Made by a program: the position numbers and the translations under genes
Part shown: piece after piece, positions 28,108-37,385 of the stretch
Position numbering within the stretch: position 1 is the first letter of the stretch
Layout of the letters: the number at the start of each line of letters is the position of its first letter
Notes under the pieces: model-generated
What the model was told of the DNA's origin: nothing
What the model saw: only the letters and a program-made list of their open reading frames with translations
Database searches by the model: none
Source of the DNA: Candidatus Latescibacterota bacterium
GTDB lineage: Bacteria > Latescibacterota > UBA2968
Length of the DNA stretch: 64,000 nt
Reading direction: 5' to 3'
Assembly (NCBI GenBank): GCA_965204375.1
Contig: OZ241986.1
Coordinates: 2,240,001 to 2,304,000 of the forward strand

Positions 28108-29499
28108 CTACACTCGCCAGGAAATTTTCTCCCAATCCTCATCCTCGCATTGTTGCACGTACTCGCGCACAATTCGCATCGCATTATCGGGGCTGCCCGA
28201 GCGATCCATATCTACCCAATTTATCGCATCGCGTTTTGCGACCATCCAGCTTTTCAAAATTTCAAAAGGAGCACCTGTTTCGAGATCTGATTCCGATTCC
28301 CCTAAAAAGTAAAACTCGTGCAACGCCTGCTCTGCCGCTTCCCAATCGCACAGATCTTTACGCGCACGCATCTGGACAAAAGATGTATCATTCACAACAC
28401 AAAACAACTCTACGCATTCCGACTCAGCCGACGGCAGAATCAGCACTATATTTTTCAGATTACCCAATTCCGCATCGCGCTTGTGTACATCGAGCTGTGT
28501 ATTAAACTCGGGCTGGCACAGCGCGATCAGTTTCGACTCAAGCAGAAGTGCCTCAAGCTCAGACCCTACCGTCTCCACCTCCATGGACCATATCCGATCC
28601 AAAATACGCTGCGTCTTTTTCGGTCGCTCTGATCTTCTGGCAAAATAACTGCCCACGCGCCTACGCAAATTCACTGCCTTGCCCACATAAATCACGCCAC
28701 CCTCGCGATCTCGCATAATATAAACCCCCGGCAACTCGGGCAACGCGTTTAAAAATACCTCGTCAAAAGCATACGCATCAAAATGTATTGGAACGGGATC
28801 TGGATACAGTGCAGTAGTCACTGCTTCAACAGTATTAAGACCTTCCTCTTCACACCGCTCCAAAAGATCCAACAAAATATCGGCCTGCAGACTCGCCTCC
28901 CCTTCAGCTCCGCGATCCGACACAAAAGACAGCCCCATAGTAGAAGCCAGATCCTCGACAGAATGCAACTGCACATCGGGACAAAAACGTCTCCCCAGCC
29001 GAAACAGACAAATCCCGGAATCTACGACATCTTTACCCATCATCAGGCGACTCATCCTATTCAAATCTCTCCGCATCCTGGACCACTGAAATCCCACAGG
29101 AATCGCATCTCTCATTCCTTCGGCATAAGAATCCAAACTTTCCTCCCGATCATCCATGCGAACCCGGACCGTGGAAAACAGCGTCTCGCGTCCCCCCATC
29201 TGCACCTTGCGCCCTGCAAGTTCATAAACCTCAGCATCCGCAGATGCGACCACTCCGAAACAAAAAAAAGAAACCTCCTGCAGGGTCTTACCCTGTCCCG
29301 GAGGTCTTAAATACCACAGGCCACCACGGTCACATGCAAACCGGGGATCATCATCAATAGCTGCACGCACCACTTTATCGGCTATGGAACCGCGTGCGCC
29401 GTGTAACCCCAGTGCCTCAGAAGCCAGCACCTCTGCGTGTACACCCGTATCGCGCTGCTCTAAAAAAGCGTAGATGCGATCCTTAACAGTTTGGTCCAC
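28108..29499 (-). CDS. GIY-YIG (UvrC/Cho-like) nuclease fused to a degenerate DnaQ-like domain
   Basis: LPELPGVYIMRD...IYVGKAVNLRRRVGSYF, ELEALLLESKLI...PEFN. Confidence 0.75.
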   Translation of the reverse strand: MDQTVKDRIYAFLEQRDTGVHAEVLASEALGLHGARGSIADKVVRAAIDDDPRFACDRGGLWYLRPPGQGKTLQEVSFFCFGVVASADAEVYELAGRKVQMGGRETLFSTVRVRMDDREESLDSYAEGMRDAIPVGFQWSRMRRDLNRMSRLMMGKDVVDSGICLFRLGRRFCPDVQLHSVEDLASTMGLSFVSDRGAEGEASLQADILLDLLERCEEEGLNTVEAVTTALYPDPVPIHFDAYAFDEVFLNALPELPGVYIMRDREGGVIYVGKAVNLRRRVGSYFARRSERPKKTQRILDRIWSMEVETVGSELEALLLESKLIALCQPEFNTQLDVHKRDAELGNLKNIVLILPSAESECVELFCVVNDTSFVQMRARKDLCDWEAAEQALHEFYFLGESESDLETGAPFEILKSWMVAKRDAINWVDMDRSGSPDNAMRIVREYVQQCEDEDWEKISWRV

Positions 29500-29507
29500 A
29501 GTTTATC

Positions 29508-30335
29508 CTATCGGGATTTGCGCGCAATCGCACACAACCATTCGCCATCTTCTATCATCTCATCAATCACCAGATCGGTCCTGTCCAGCACCGTGCAAAA
29601 TGCCTCGCGCTCGCGGTGCAAAATACCCCCCAAAATCGCGTATCCTTCGGGATGCAGTCGCTTTGCCAATTCCGGAACCATAGGCAATAAAATACTGCTG
29701 ATAATATTTGCAACCATCACATCAAAAATCCCCGATATCCTATCGACAGAACACTGCATCAAAACCACCTGTGCATCCACATCATTCAAAATACAGTTGG
29801 CCCGGGCATTCTCAATCGCATCCGCCTCAATATCCACAGCCGTTACTTCAGACGCCCCTAACTTCACAGCCGCAATGCTCAAAATCCCCGATCCCGTCCC
29901 GACATCCAGCACCCGATCCCCTGAAGTTATCTTCTTCTCTAAACTCAAAAGTGCCAGACGCGTTGTCTCGTGATGCCCGGTACCAAATGCCATTTGGGGA
30001 TCAATCGCGATTGTAAAACCGCCCGGGGGATCGGGCACCCTGTCCCACGGTGGGCAAATTGCCATGCGAGGGGAGGGATAAACAGGCCGAAAAAAAGAAC
30101 GCCACGACAGTGTCCAATCCGTATCGGGCACCTGTTCAAAGCGGCACTCATAGGGTACGAGAGCCTGTCGTATCTCTTCCTCATTTTGCTCCGCCCCAAA
30201 ATACGCAGTCAGCCGAACCCCATCGCTTATATCTTCCTCCACCACACCACAACATCTCAGTTCAAACAACTGGGCAGACGCGATTTCAACCCTTGCCCGC
30301 GGGATCACCACAGATACTTGAAAATAGGTATTCAC
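29508..30335 (-). CDS. prmA: 50S ribosomal protein L11 methyltransferase
   Basis: Probable GTG start at 30335; DW..SW...F.P, IDPQMAFGTGHHETT, VLDVGTGSGILSI, VANI. Confidence 0.93.
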   Translation of the reverse strand: MNTYFQVSVVIPRARVEIASAQLFELRCCGVVEEDISDGVRLTAYFGAEQNEEEIRQALVPYECRFEQVPDTDWTLSWRSFFRPVYPSPRMAICPPWDRVPDPPGGFTIAIDPQMAFGTGHHETTRLALLSLEKKITSGDRVLDVGTGSGILSIAAVKLGASEVTAVDIEADAIENARANCILNDVDAQVVLMQCSVDRISGIFDVMVANIISSILLPMVPELAKRLHPEGYAILGGILHREREAFCTVLDRTDLVIDEMIEDGEWLCAIARKSR

Positions 30336-30339
30336 TTTC

Positions 30340-32292
30340 TCACCACGAATGTGTGCGATGACCCTGCCCTGGAAACCATATCTGATCGACAAAAAACGAC
30401 AGGATCACGCCCAGAGCATGGCCTACGAGCAGACCCAAAAATAGGGGACGCAAACGCCGATAGAGATCCACACCGCCTATGCGTAAAATGATCGATTTGA
30501 TGCCCCATGCCATAAAAACGGAAAAAACTGAATGAACGGCATGCGTCAGCGGCACAACCATGCCAATGGGCGTGAGGGGCCACCAGGTAAAGCGGTAGCG
30601 CATCAGACTCACCGCAGCAAAAATGCCAACGCCCAACAGCAAAAACAGGGGGCGCTCACTCTCCCATTTTTCTTCGCCCTTCAGGGCTTTTACCAGCCCA
30701 TCATAGGTTCTCGGCGGATAGCGCGTAAATGGAAAATCGTTAAAATTATACGCCCCGTGCAAATAGCCCAGATAAAGCGAATAGGCAATTGCAGCACCAA
30801 TACCAATCACGAGCGTCAGTCCAATGCCCAGAACCAGCAACTTCTTATTTCTTCCCGCCATATCTGCAATGCGCGCCGCATGCACGAGCGGGGGCATAAA
30901 CATCGCTTTGCTCTGTGAGCGCACCGAATCGACCAAGCGCAATGCCGTCAGCGTTGAAGCATCAAATGATTTGGGTCCAAAAATAAAGGGCAAAAGGCCA
31001 TTGGGCGTCATCGGCATGCTAAAATAAATCACGCCTGTCTCGGCAATCACCCGTGCCGTGCCCAGATAAGTAATAAAAATACCCAGCGTAAGAGCAATCG
31101 CAACAGCCCAGCTAATACCCACAGCCTGGAACCAGAAAATCAGAAAAATCAGACTAAAAATTAGGCCAAACGCACACGCGCGATACGAAAGCATCTCATC
31201 TGAATCATCGATCTGCCGCCCCCCGCGAAACGCTTTGACAAATACATCGCGAATGTGGAACCTCGCCATCCACAATCCAAATAAAACCATCGCCACAAAC
31301 GCGCCCCCTGCTTGTAGCGAGGTCGTCGCATCTGCAGCACTGCCTTTATTGCTCAGATTAATCCCCACGCGCCTGTAAAACATAGCTTGAACACAGTAAA
31401 ACAAATAAAATACCCAGATGGAAAATAGCACATCCAGGTTGGCAAAATAGGCAAAACCCACAGTATAAAAATTAAACCGCACGTGGATGCGAGGGAAATA
31501 CACGCCCATGGGCATCCACCCCGGTCCCAGGCTGATAACCGGAAATCCGGGCGAAAAATAACTGATGATATTCCAGGACAGGATGAGAAAAGGAATGGCC
31601 GCGCCAAACAGAAAGAACTTATTCTTCAATAGGGGTACTCTGTGCTCTGCCTCAGCCAGATCGCCTGCCGGATGCAAAATGGGATATGCCAATCGCTCGT
31701 GCTCTGCCCATTGCTTGCGCAACATCACCGCCAGACAAATACACCCCACCACAATAGCTGCAATAAACGTCATCCAGCCAAACAAAGGCACAAACCACAC
31801 GCCCCAGGGAATGGGCATATCCCGGCTGGGCATGCCCTCAAACAACCACTGCATGGCCCCGCCTTCGTTAGAGGGAATCAACCAGTTCGGCAAATATTGG
31901 TGAAAATAACTTCCCCATTGATTCTCTGGCGTGGCGAGATAATAGGGAATGGAAATCATGCCCAAAAAATAACTCGTCAACCCAAAGGCGGGAACAGCAG
32001 CCCCCACCAATCCCATCGCCAGAATCGCCCACACTTCAGTACTCGTCAACGTCCAGGGGGCCTGCCATCGACGCGCGATTGCATTGCCCAGAGTCAACAC
32101 CACATAAGGCGCGAACAACGCGATCGGAAAATGTGTGATATTCATACGCGCGGTGTGGGCGATATACTCGACATACGTATTCCACCCAATCACCAGCAAC
32201 GCGAGTGCCAACCCCACAATGATCGACCGCGCAGTCACACCTTCCCGCGCGGCGAGTGCATCGCGATCAACGATTCCCTCCCCAAGTGCCAT
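30340..32292 (-). CDS. DUF6785-like polytopic membrane protein (putative transporter)
   Basis: VTARSIIVG, YLATPENQW, RKQWAEHERLAYP, RVIAETG, WWPLTPIG, RIGG.LY..P.FLG; many TM segments; paralog at 61002..62933. Confidence 0.7.
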   Translation of the reverse strand: MALGEGIVDRDALAAREGVTARSIIVGLALALLVIGWNTYVEYIAHTARMNITHFPIALFAPYVVLTLGNAIARRWQAPWTLTSTEVWAILAMGLVGAAVPAFGLTSYFLGMISIPYYLATPENQWGSYFHQYLPNWLIPSNEGGAMQWLFEGMPSRDMPIPWGVWFVPLFGWMTFIAAIVVGCICLAVMLRKQWAEHERLAYPILHPAGDLAEAEHRVPLLKNKFFLFGAAIPFLILSWNIISYFSPGFPVISLGPGWMPMGVYFPRIHVRFNFYTVGFAYFANLDVLFSIWVFYLFYCVQAMFYRRVGINLSNKGSAADATTSLQAGGAFVAMVLFGLWMARFHIRDVFVKAFRGGRQIDDSDEMLSYRACAFGLIFSLIFLIFWFQAVGISWAVAIALTLGIFITYLGTARVIAETGVIYFSMPMTPNGLLPFIFGPKSFDASTLTALRLVDSVRSQSKAMFMPPLVHAARIADMAGRNKKLLVLGIGLTLVIGIGAAIAYSLYLGYLHGAYNFNDFPFTRYPPRTYDGLVKALKGEEKWESERPLFLLLGVGIFAAVSLMRYRFTWWPLTPIGMVVPLTHAVHSVFSVFMAWGIKSIILRIGGVDLYRRLRPLFLGLLVGHALGVILSFFVDQIWFPGQGHRTHSW

Positions 32293-32333
32293 CGTATAGT
32301 ATTTCCTCCTGTTTTAGATATCACACCAGTTCT

Positions 32334-32795
32334 TCAGGGCTTCAATTTTTCAAAAAATCGTTGGCGATCCCGCTGAAAAACAACCCGCAATTCTTCTGCG
32401 ACCTCCACGAGATGCGAGAGTTTATCAAATTCCAATTCTGAAAGATATGCATGCCTGAAAAAATGTCGAAATCGGCGCAATTCATCTAAGAAGGTAAAAG
32501 CCTCTTCAGATATACATGCAGGGCGAACCCCCTCAATTGTCAGGCGCATTCGGCGCAACAAATCTGTGTGATAACGCTCGCCCGCGATATTATTTTCAAA
32601 AAATTGGGCAACCGTTTCGAACACCTGTTCAAAAACGCAATAGAGGTTGTGAAGCTGATATCCCATGCTATCGAGACTTTCTGTGCGATTGCCAAATTCG
32701 GAATGTCGTTCCTCAATGCGCGCATAGATCTGATCAATCTGTCCACAGAGATCTTCTACTTCGGCCTTCAACAGAGCGTATTTTGCCTCATCCAT
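32334..32795 (-). CDS. HEPN-domain RNase toxin (HepT-like)
   Basis: LHNLYCVFEQ, YHTDLLRRM, RHFFRH (RX4H). Confidence 0.85.
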   Translation of the reverse strand: MDEAKYALLKAEVEDLCGQIDQIYARIEERHSEFGNRTESLDSMGYQLHNLYCVFEQVFETVAQFFENNIAGERYHTDLLRRMRLTIEGVRPACISEEAFTFLDELRRFRHFFRHAYLSELEFDKLSHLVEVAEELRVVFQRDRQRFFEKLKP

Positions 32796-33135
32796 AGATC
32801 TTCATTCCTTTTTCCCGAAAGAGATCGGCAGACATATGCAAATCCAGATCAATCACATCCACATCCCGTTCAACAACATCTTCGATGACCTTCATTACAT
32901 CCAAAACGCGCTCAGAAGCTCCACCAATCGCCACATCGACATCGGACTTGTGATCCCATCGATAAAAATAAAGAAGCGATCCAACGATAAATGCCTCGCG
33001 CACGCCATACTTCTCTCGACAAACGTGCAACGCACTCGCCACTTGATCTATAAGCGCGACACGCTCCCTATTTCTCTGCCCGCGTCTTGACTTCAACGCT
33101 CTATCGAGAACATCTGTCTCAAACATATCGCTCAC
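32788..33135 (-). CDS. Minimal nucleotidyltransferase antitoxin (MntA-like)
   Basis: GS-X11-DVD motif, DVDVID; overlaps the HEPN gene. Confidence 0.82.
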   Translation of the reverse strand: MSDMFETDVLDRALKSRRGQRNRERVALIDQVASALHVCREKYGVREAFIVGSLLYFYRWDHKSDVDVAIGGASERVLDVMKVIEDVVERDVDVIDLDLHMSADLFREKGMKIYG

Positions 33136-33221
33136 CTTGATTGGGGATTAGTAGTTAGTCCTCCTGATCCCACCGTCTGCAATATATACAAATACACAGA
33201 AGGGAACAATGAGCAATGAAT

Positions 33222-33253
33222 AAAAAACTCCCGACCTCTTTCAAGGCCGGGAG
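33222..33253 (-). terminator. Rho-independent terminator
   Basis: CTCCCG/CGGGAG stem with a T6 tail on the minus strand, downstream of 33280..33918. Confidence 0.65.
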
Positions 33254-33279
33254 CAATATCTTTTCCGCGGTAACCGATT

Positions 33280-33918
33280 TTATCTAAAAAACACCGACAC
33301 GCCACCCTTCACAAAATGGCGTTTGATACGATCTTCCCCTGCAAATAAGACCGAATACCCATACATCGCGGTCAGAGCCGTGTGTTTTGACAGCACCTGG
33401 CGCGTACCTGCGCCACCGCCCAATTCACTGACATTGCCCCATCCCCAAAAATCGCGTGCGGCAAAGGCTTCTACAAACGGAAAGGTGCGCCTTTTAATCT
33501 GGATGGGAATATTCAACCGATAAAAACCCGACACCGAAGACCCAAACCCGTCATCCACCGTCAAATAACGCCCCCGAGCATCTATCGTTGCATTGTCCAG
33601 CACTTGCGTTAGATCATCCCGGTCGGGAGAATCGAGACCGGCGCGCCGGTCATATTGTCTATTGCCCGCAATAAAAGAACCGCCAATTTGATGCCATCGG
33701 CTAAGCGAATAAGCCACTTGAATCCCCGCGCGATAGAACAAGCCGCGATTGGAAAACCGCACAGACATAACCGGCGTCACTTCCAACTGTCCCGCGCGAA
33801 TAGGACCTATATTGACCTCTCCTTCACCCGTTTTTTCTTCTTCACCGACCACATCGGCCTGGGCAGGTGCGCCCAACGCCAACAGCCCGGCAACCGTACA
33901 CATCAGCCAGTATTTCAT
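33280..33918 (-). CDS. Hypothetical exported protein, probable small outer-membrane beta-barrel
   Basis: Start ATG 33918 (AGGAGGAG RBS); signal peptide ending AQA; alternating beta-strands and C-terminal GVSVFFR. Confidence 0.6.
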   Translation of the reverse strand: MKYWLMCTVAGLLALGAPAQADVVGEEEKTGEGEVNIGPIRAGQLEVTPVMSVRFSNRGLFYRAGIQVAYSLSRWHQIGGSFIAGNRQYDRRAGLDSPDRDDLTQVLDNATIDARGRYLTVDDGFGSSVSGFYRLNIPIQIKRRTFPFVEAFAARDFWGWGNVSELGGGAGTRQVLSKHTALTAMYGYSVLFAGEDRIKRHFVKGGVSVFFR

Positions 33919-33958
33919 AGCATCTCCTCCTGAAAGGTTCTTCCCCGGCACTTAAATT

Positions 33959-33987
33959 AAAATATCCAAAAGAACCCCGACTGTCAA
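33959..33987 (-). promoter_or_regulatory. Putative sigma70 promoter
   Basis: Minus strand TTGACA-N17-TATTTT. Confidence 0.5.
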
Positions 33988-34119
33988 TGGCTCTTATCCA
34001 CAGCCAATGCCAATACACCGTGAACTTTTTGAAAACACGCATGTATTGACTTGACGTACCTTCGTATTCCCCATTAATTGTTGCGCTGGCACGCGTGCCG
34101 CATTTTCGAAAGGACTCTC

Positions 34120-35100
<981 letters not shown>

Positions 35101-35116
35101 CCAAAAGGAGCATAAT

Positions 35117-36172
35117 ATGTCTCGCATCGGACGCGCCGCAGTAATGAGCGGCGAAAAATTTGAAATACGCGAATATCCCGTTCCCGATCCAGAACCGGGA
35201 TCGATTTTGCTCAAACAAGAACTCGCCGGCATCTGCGGCACAGACCTGCACAACTGGGAATATCAGCGATTGCAGGGCGAGATCATTCTCGGTCACGAAA
35301 ATGTCGGCATCATCGACAGCCTGGGATCCGGCGTGGAAACCGATTACCTGGGCAATCCCATCGCGCCCGGAGATCGGGTACTCTTCGCACCCGGCACAAA
35401 TCGCGGCGCGTACGGTTTTATACAAGCCGAAGAGTCCCCCTATTTGCGGGGCGGATTTGGCGAATACATCTACCTGTGGAACCCCGATACAGTCGTGCTC
35501 AAAACCGATATGCCCGCCGAAGTTGCGGTCATCACCGAGCCTTTTACCATTGGCGTACACGGCGCAATGCGTTCCGGCTTGCAATTTGGCGACACCGTCG
35601 TCGTACAGGGATCGGGAGCCATTGGCCTGCTCACACTCGTCGCCGCAAAAGTCAGCGGCGCGGGGCGGCTCATCATGGTCGGTGGTCCCAAAGGGCGTCT
35701 GGAACTGGCAGAGCGACTCGGCGCAGACCTCACCATCGACATCGCCGACATACCCGACCCCGACGAACGCACGAAAATCGTGCGCGAAAACACGCCCCGC
35801 GGCGAAGGCGCCGACGTCGTCTTTGAATGCGCGGGATTTTTGCCTGCCATTCCCGAAGGCGTCACATTCCTGCGGCACAGCGGCACCTATGTCGCCATGG
35901 GCCATTTTGTCGATGTGGGATCTTTTGACTGCAACCCCAACCAGATGTTTATGCGCCGCAACATGCGCCTCGAAGCCGTGTGGGCAAGCGCGCCCGAACA
36001 CTTTGTGCGCGCACTCCCCATCCTCGAGCGAAACGAATACGCCTTTGCAGACCTCGTCAGCCACACCATACCCATTGACCGCGTAGCCGAAGGATTCAAC
36101 GCCCTGCACAGCGGATACCATCTCGACGGCAAAGACACAATAAAAATTGCAATAAAAGGCGGGTTGGTATAA
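35117..36172 (+). CDS. Zinc-binding (MDR) dehydrogenase
   Basis: Start ATG 35117 (AAGGAG RBS); GICGTD, GHE, GSGAIG; no structural-Zn cysteine cluster. Confidence 0.9.
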   Translation: MSRIGRAAVMSGEKFEIREYPVPDPEPGSILLKQELAGICGTDLHNWEYQRLQGEIILGHENVGIIDSLGSGVETDYLGNPIAPGDRVLFAPGTNRGAYGFIQAEESPYLRGGFGEYIYLWNPDTVVLKTDMPAEVAVITEPFTIGVHGAMRSGLQFGDTVVVQGSGAIGLLTLVAAKVSGAGRLIMVGGPKGRLELAERLGADLTIDIADIPDPDERTKIVRENTPRGEGADVVFECAGFLPAIPEGVTFLRHSGTYVAMGHFVDVGSFDCNPNQMFMRRNMRLEAVWASAPEHFVRALPILERNEYAFADLVSHTIPIDRVAEGFNALHSGYHLDGKDTIKIAIKGGLV

Positions 36173-36191
36173 ACTAAACAACGCAAAAAAT

Positions 36192-36231
36192 AAAAAACGG
36201 CGATGGACATAACATCCACCGCCGTTTTTTT
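36192..36231. terminator. Bidirectional Rho-independent terminator between convergent genes
   Basis: AAAAAACGGCG-ATGGA...TCCA-CCGCCGTTTTTT. Confidence 0.85.
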
Positions 36232-36244
36232 GTTTAAGGGTTAA

Positions 36245-37366
36245 TCAGAAACTAATCGCGGCACTCACCATCTGCACGGGATCGGTGAAAGACGTATTGA
36301 AATGCTTGAACGCATAATCGATGCGAACGCCTTTTCCGGCCTCGGTTTTGTAATCAATGCCGCCACCGAACGAATAATCTTCCAGATCGTGGTTGTTCTT
36401 ATACCCACCGCGCAGGGCAAAACCCATCGCAGAGGTCGCCTGCTTGAACCGATATTCTACACCCACAAGCGTGCGCTCGTCGAAATCTATCGGACTGTCG
36501 ATCTCGGTGACGAGATTCAGATGATGCGGCACAGGGGTTCGGCCAAACGTCGAAATCAGATCGAAGACAAAACCCAGACGGAATGCCCGGGGCAACTCGA
36601 AATGCTCGCGCTGAAACTGAGACTCCCCTCCCGGACTGAAATTCCGCACACTCATAGCAATCACCAGATTCCGGAATCCCGTATTGAAATAGGTCCCAAT
36701 ATCCACGGCAAAAGCATTGAGATCATTCGACTGCGTTTGCCGACTACCGGCGACAAAGACATCACTTGATCCCAGCCCCTGATGAGCAAAACGCGCCATT
36801 GCCCCTACTGAAAACCGATCGGTAATCTGAAAACCCCAGCCTGCAGACAGGGCGTAATTCGTCGTGGTAAATGGACCCGTCTCGGTGAACCCCACACTGG
36901 CTGGATCGGGATTGATTGCAGTGCCGTTGATCTCTCCCGCGCTGTGCGTGACAAAGCCCACGCCAAAGGTACCCGGTGCATTCGGAATTTTGAAAACCGC
37001 ACCGGCAACCTGGTGATTTGTCTCAAAAATCCATTGGGCATGGGTAAAAAACGCCTGCCGTTCGTGTACAAAACCCAGCAGACCCGGATTTAGAAACAGC
37101 GCACCCGACGCATCGCCGATCAGGCCCGCGCCCGCATCGGCCATCGCGGCTCGCCGCGCATCTGTGGAAAATCCGAGAAACACAAAACCGCTCTGTGCGG
37201 ATTTCACGCCCGAAGGTCTGACTTCTTCCTGATTGGGATAAATGGGTTCCAGATCGCGAATCTTTTCGCCGCCGAGAACCCGGGGATCTTCAAATTGTGC
37301 ATTGGCCTGCACGCCGGAAAGGACGAATGCCAGCAGACAGACCCAGATAATATTATGTAATTTCAC
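36245..37366 (-). CDS. PorV/PorQ-family outer-membrane beta-barrel
   Basis: GTG start with GGAGG RBS; signal peptide; FL...ARRAAMADA, LFLNPG, AVDIG, LPRAFRLG, LRGGY, IDYAF, C-terminal ISF. Confidence 0.85.
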   Translation of the reverse strand: MKLHNIIWVCLLAFVLSGVQANAQFEDPRVLGGEKIRDLEPIYPNQEEVRPSGVKSAQSGFVFLGFSTDARRAAMADAGAGLIGDASGALFLNPGLLGFVHERQAFFTHAQWIFETNHQVAGAVFKIPNAPGTFGVGFVTHSAGEINGTAINPDPASVGFTETGPFTTTNYALSAGWGFQITDRFSVGAMARFAHQGLGSSDVFVAGSRQTQSNDLNAFAVDIGTYFNTGFRNLVIAMSVRNFSPGGESQFQREHFELPRAFRLGFVFDLISTFGRTPVPHHLNLVTEIDSPIDFDERTLVGVEYRFKQATSAMGFALRGGYKNNHDLEDYSFGGGIDYKTEAGKGVRIDYAFKHFNTSFTDPVQMVSAAISF

Positions 37367-37385
37367 AACAACCTCCTCGTCTGAC

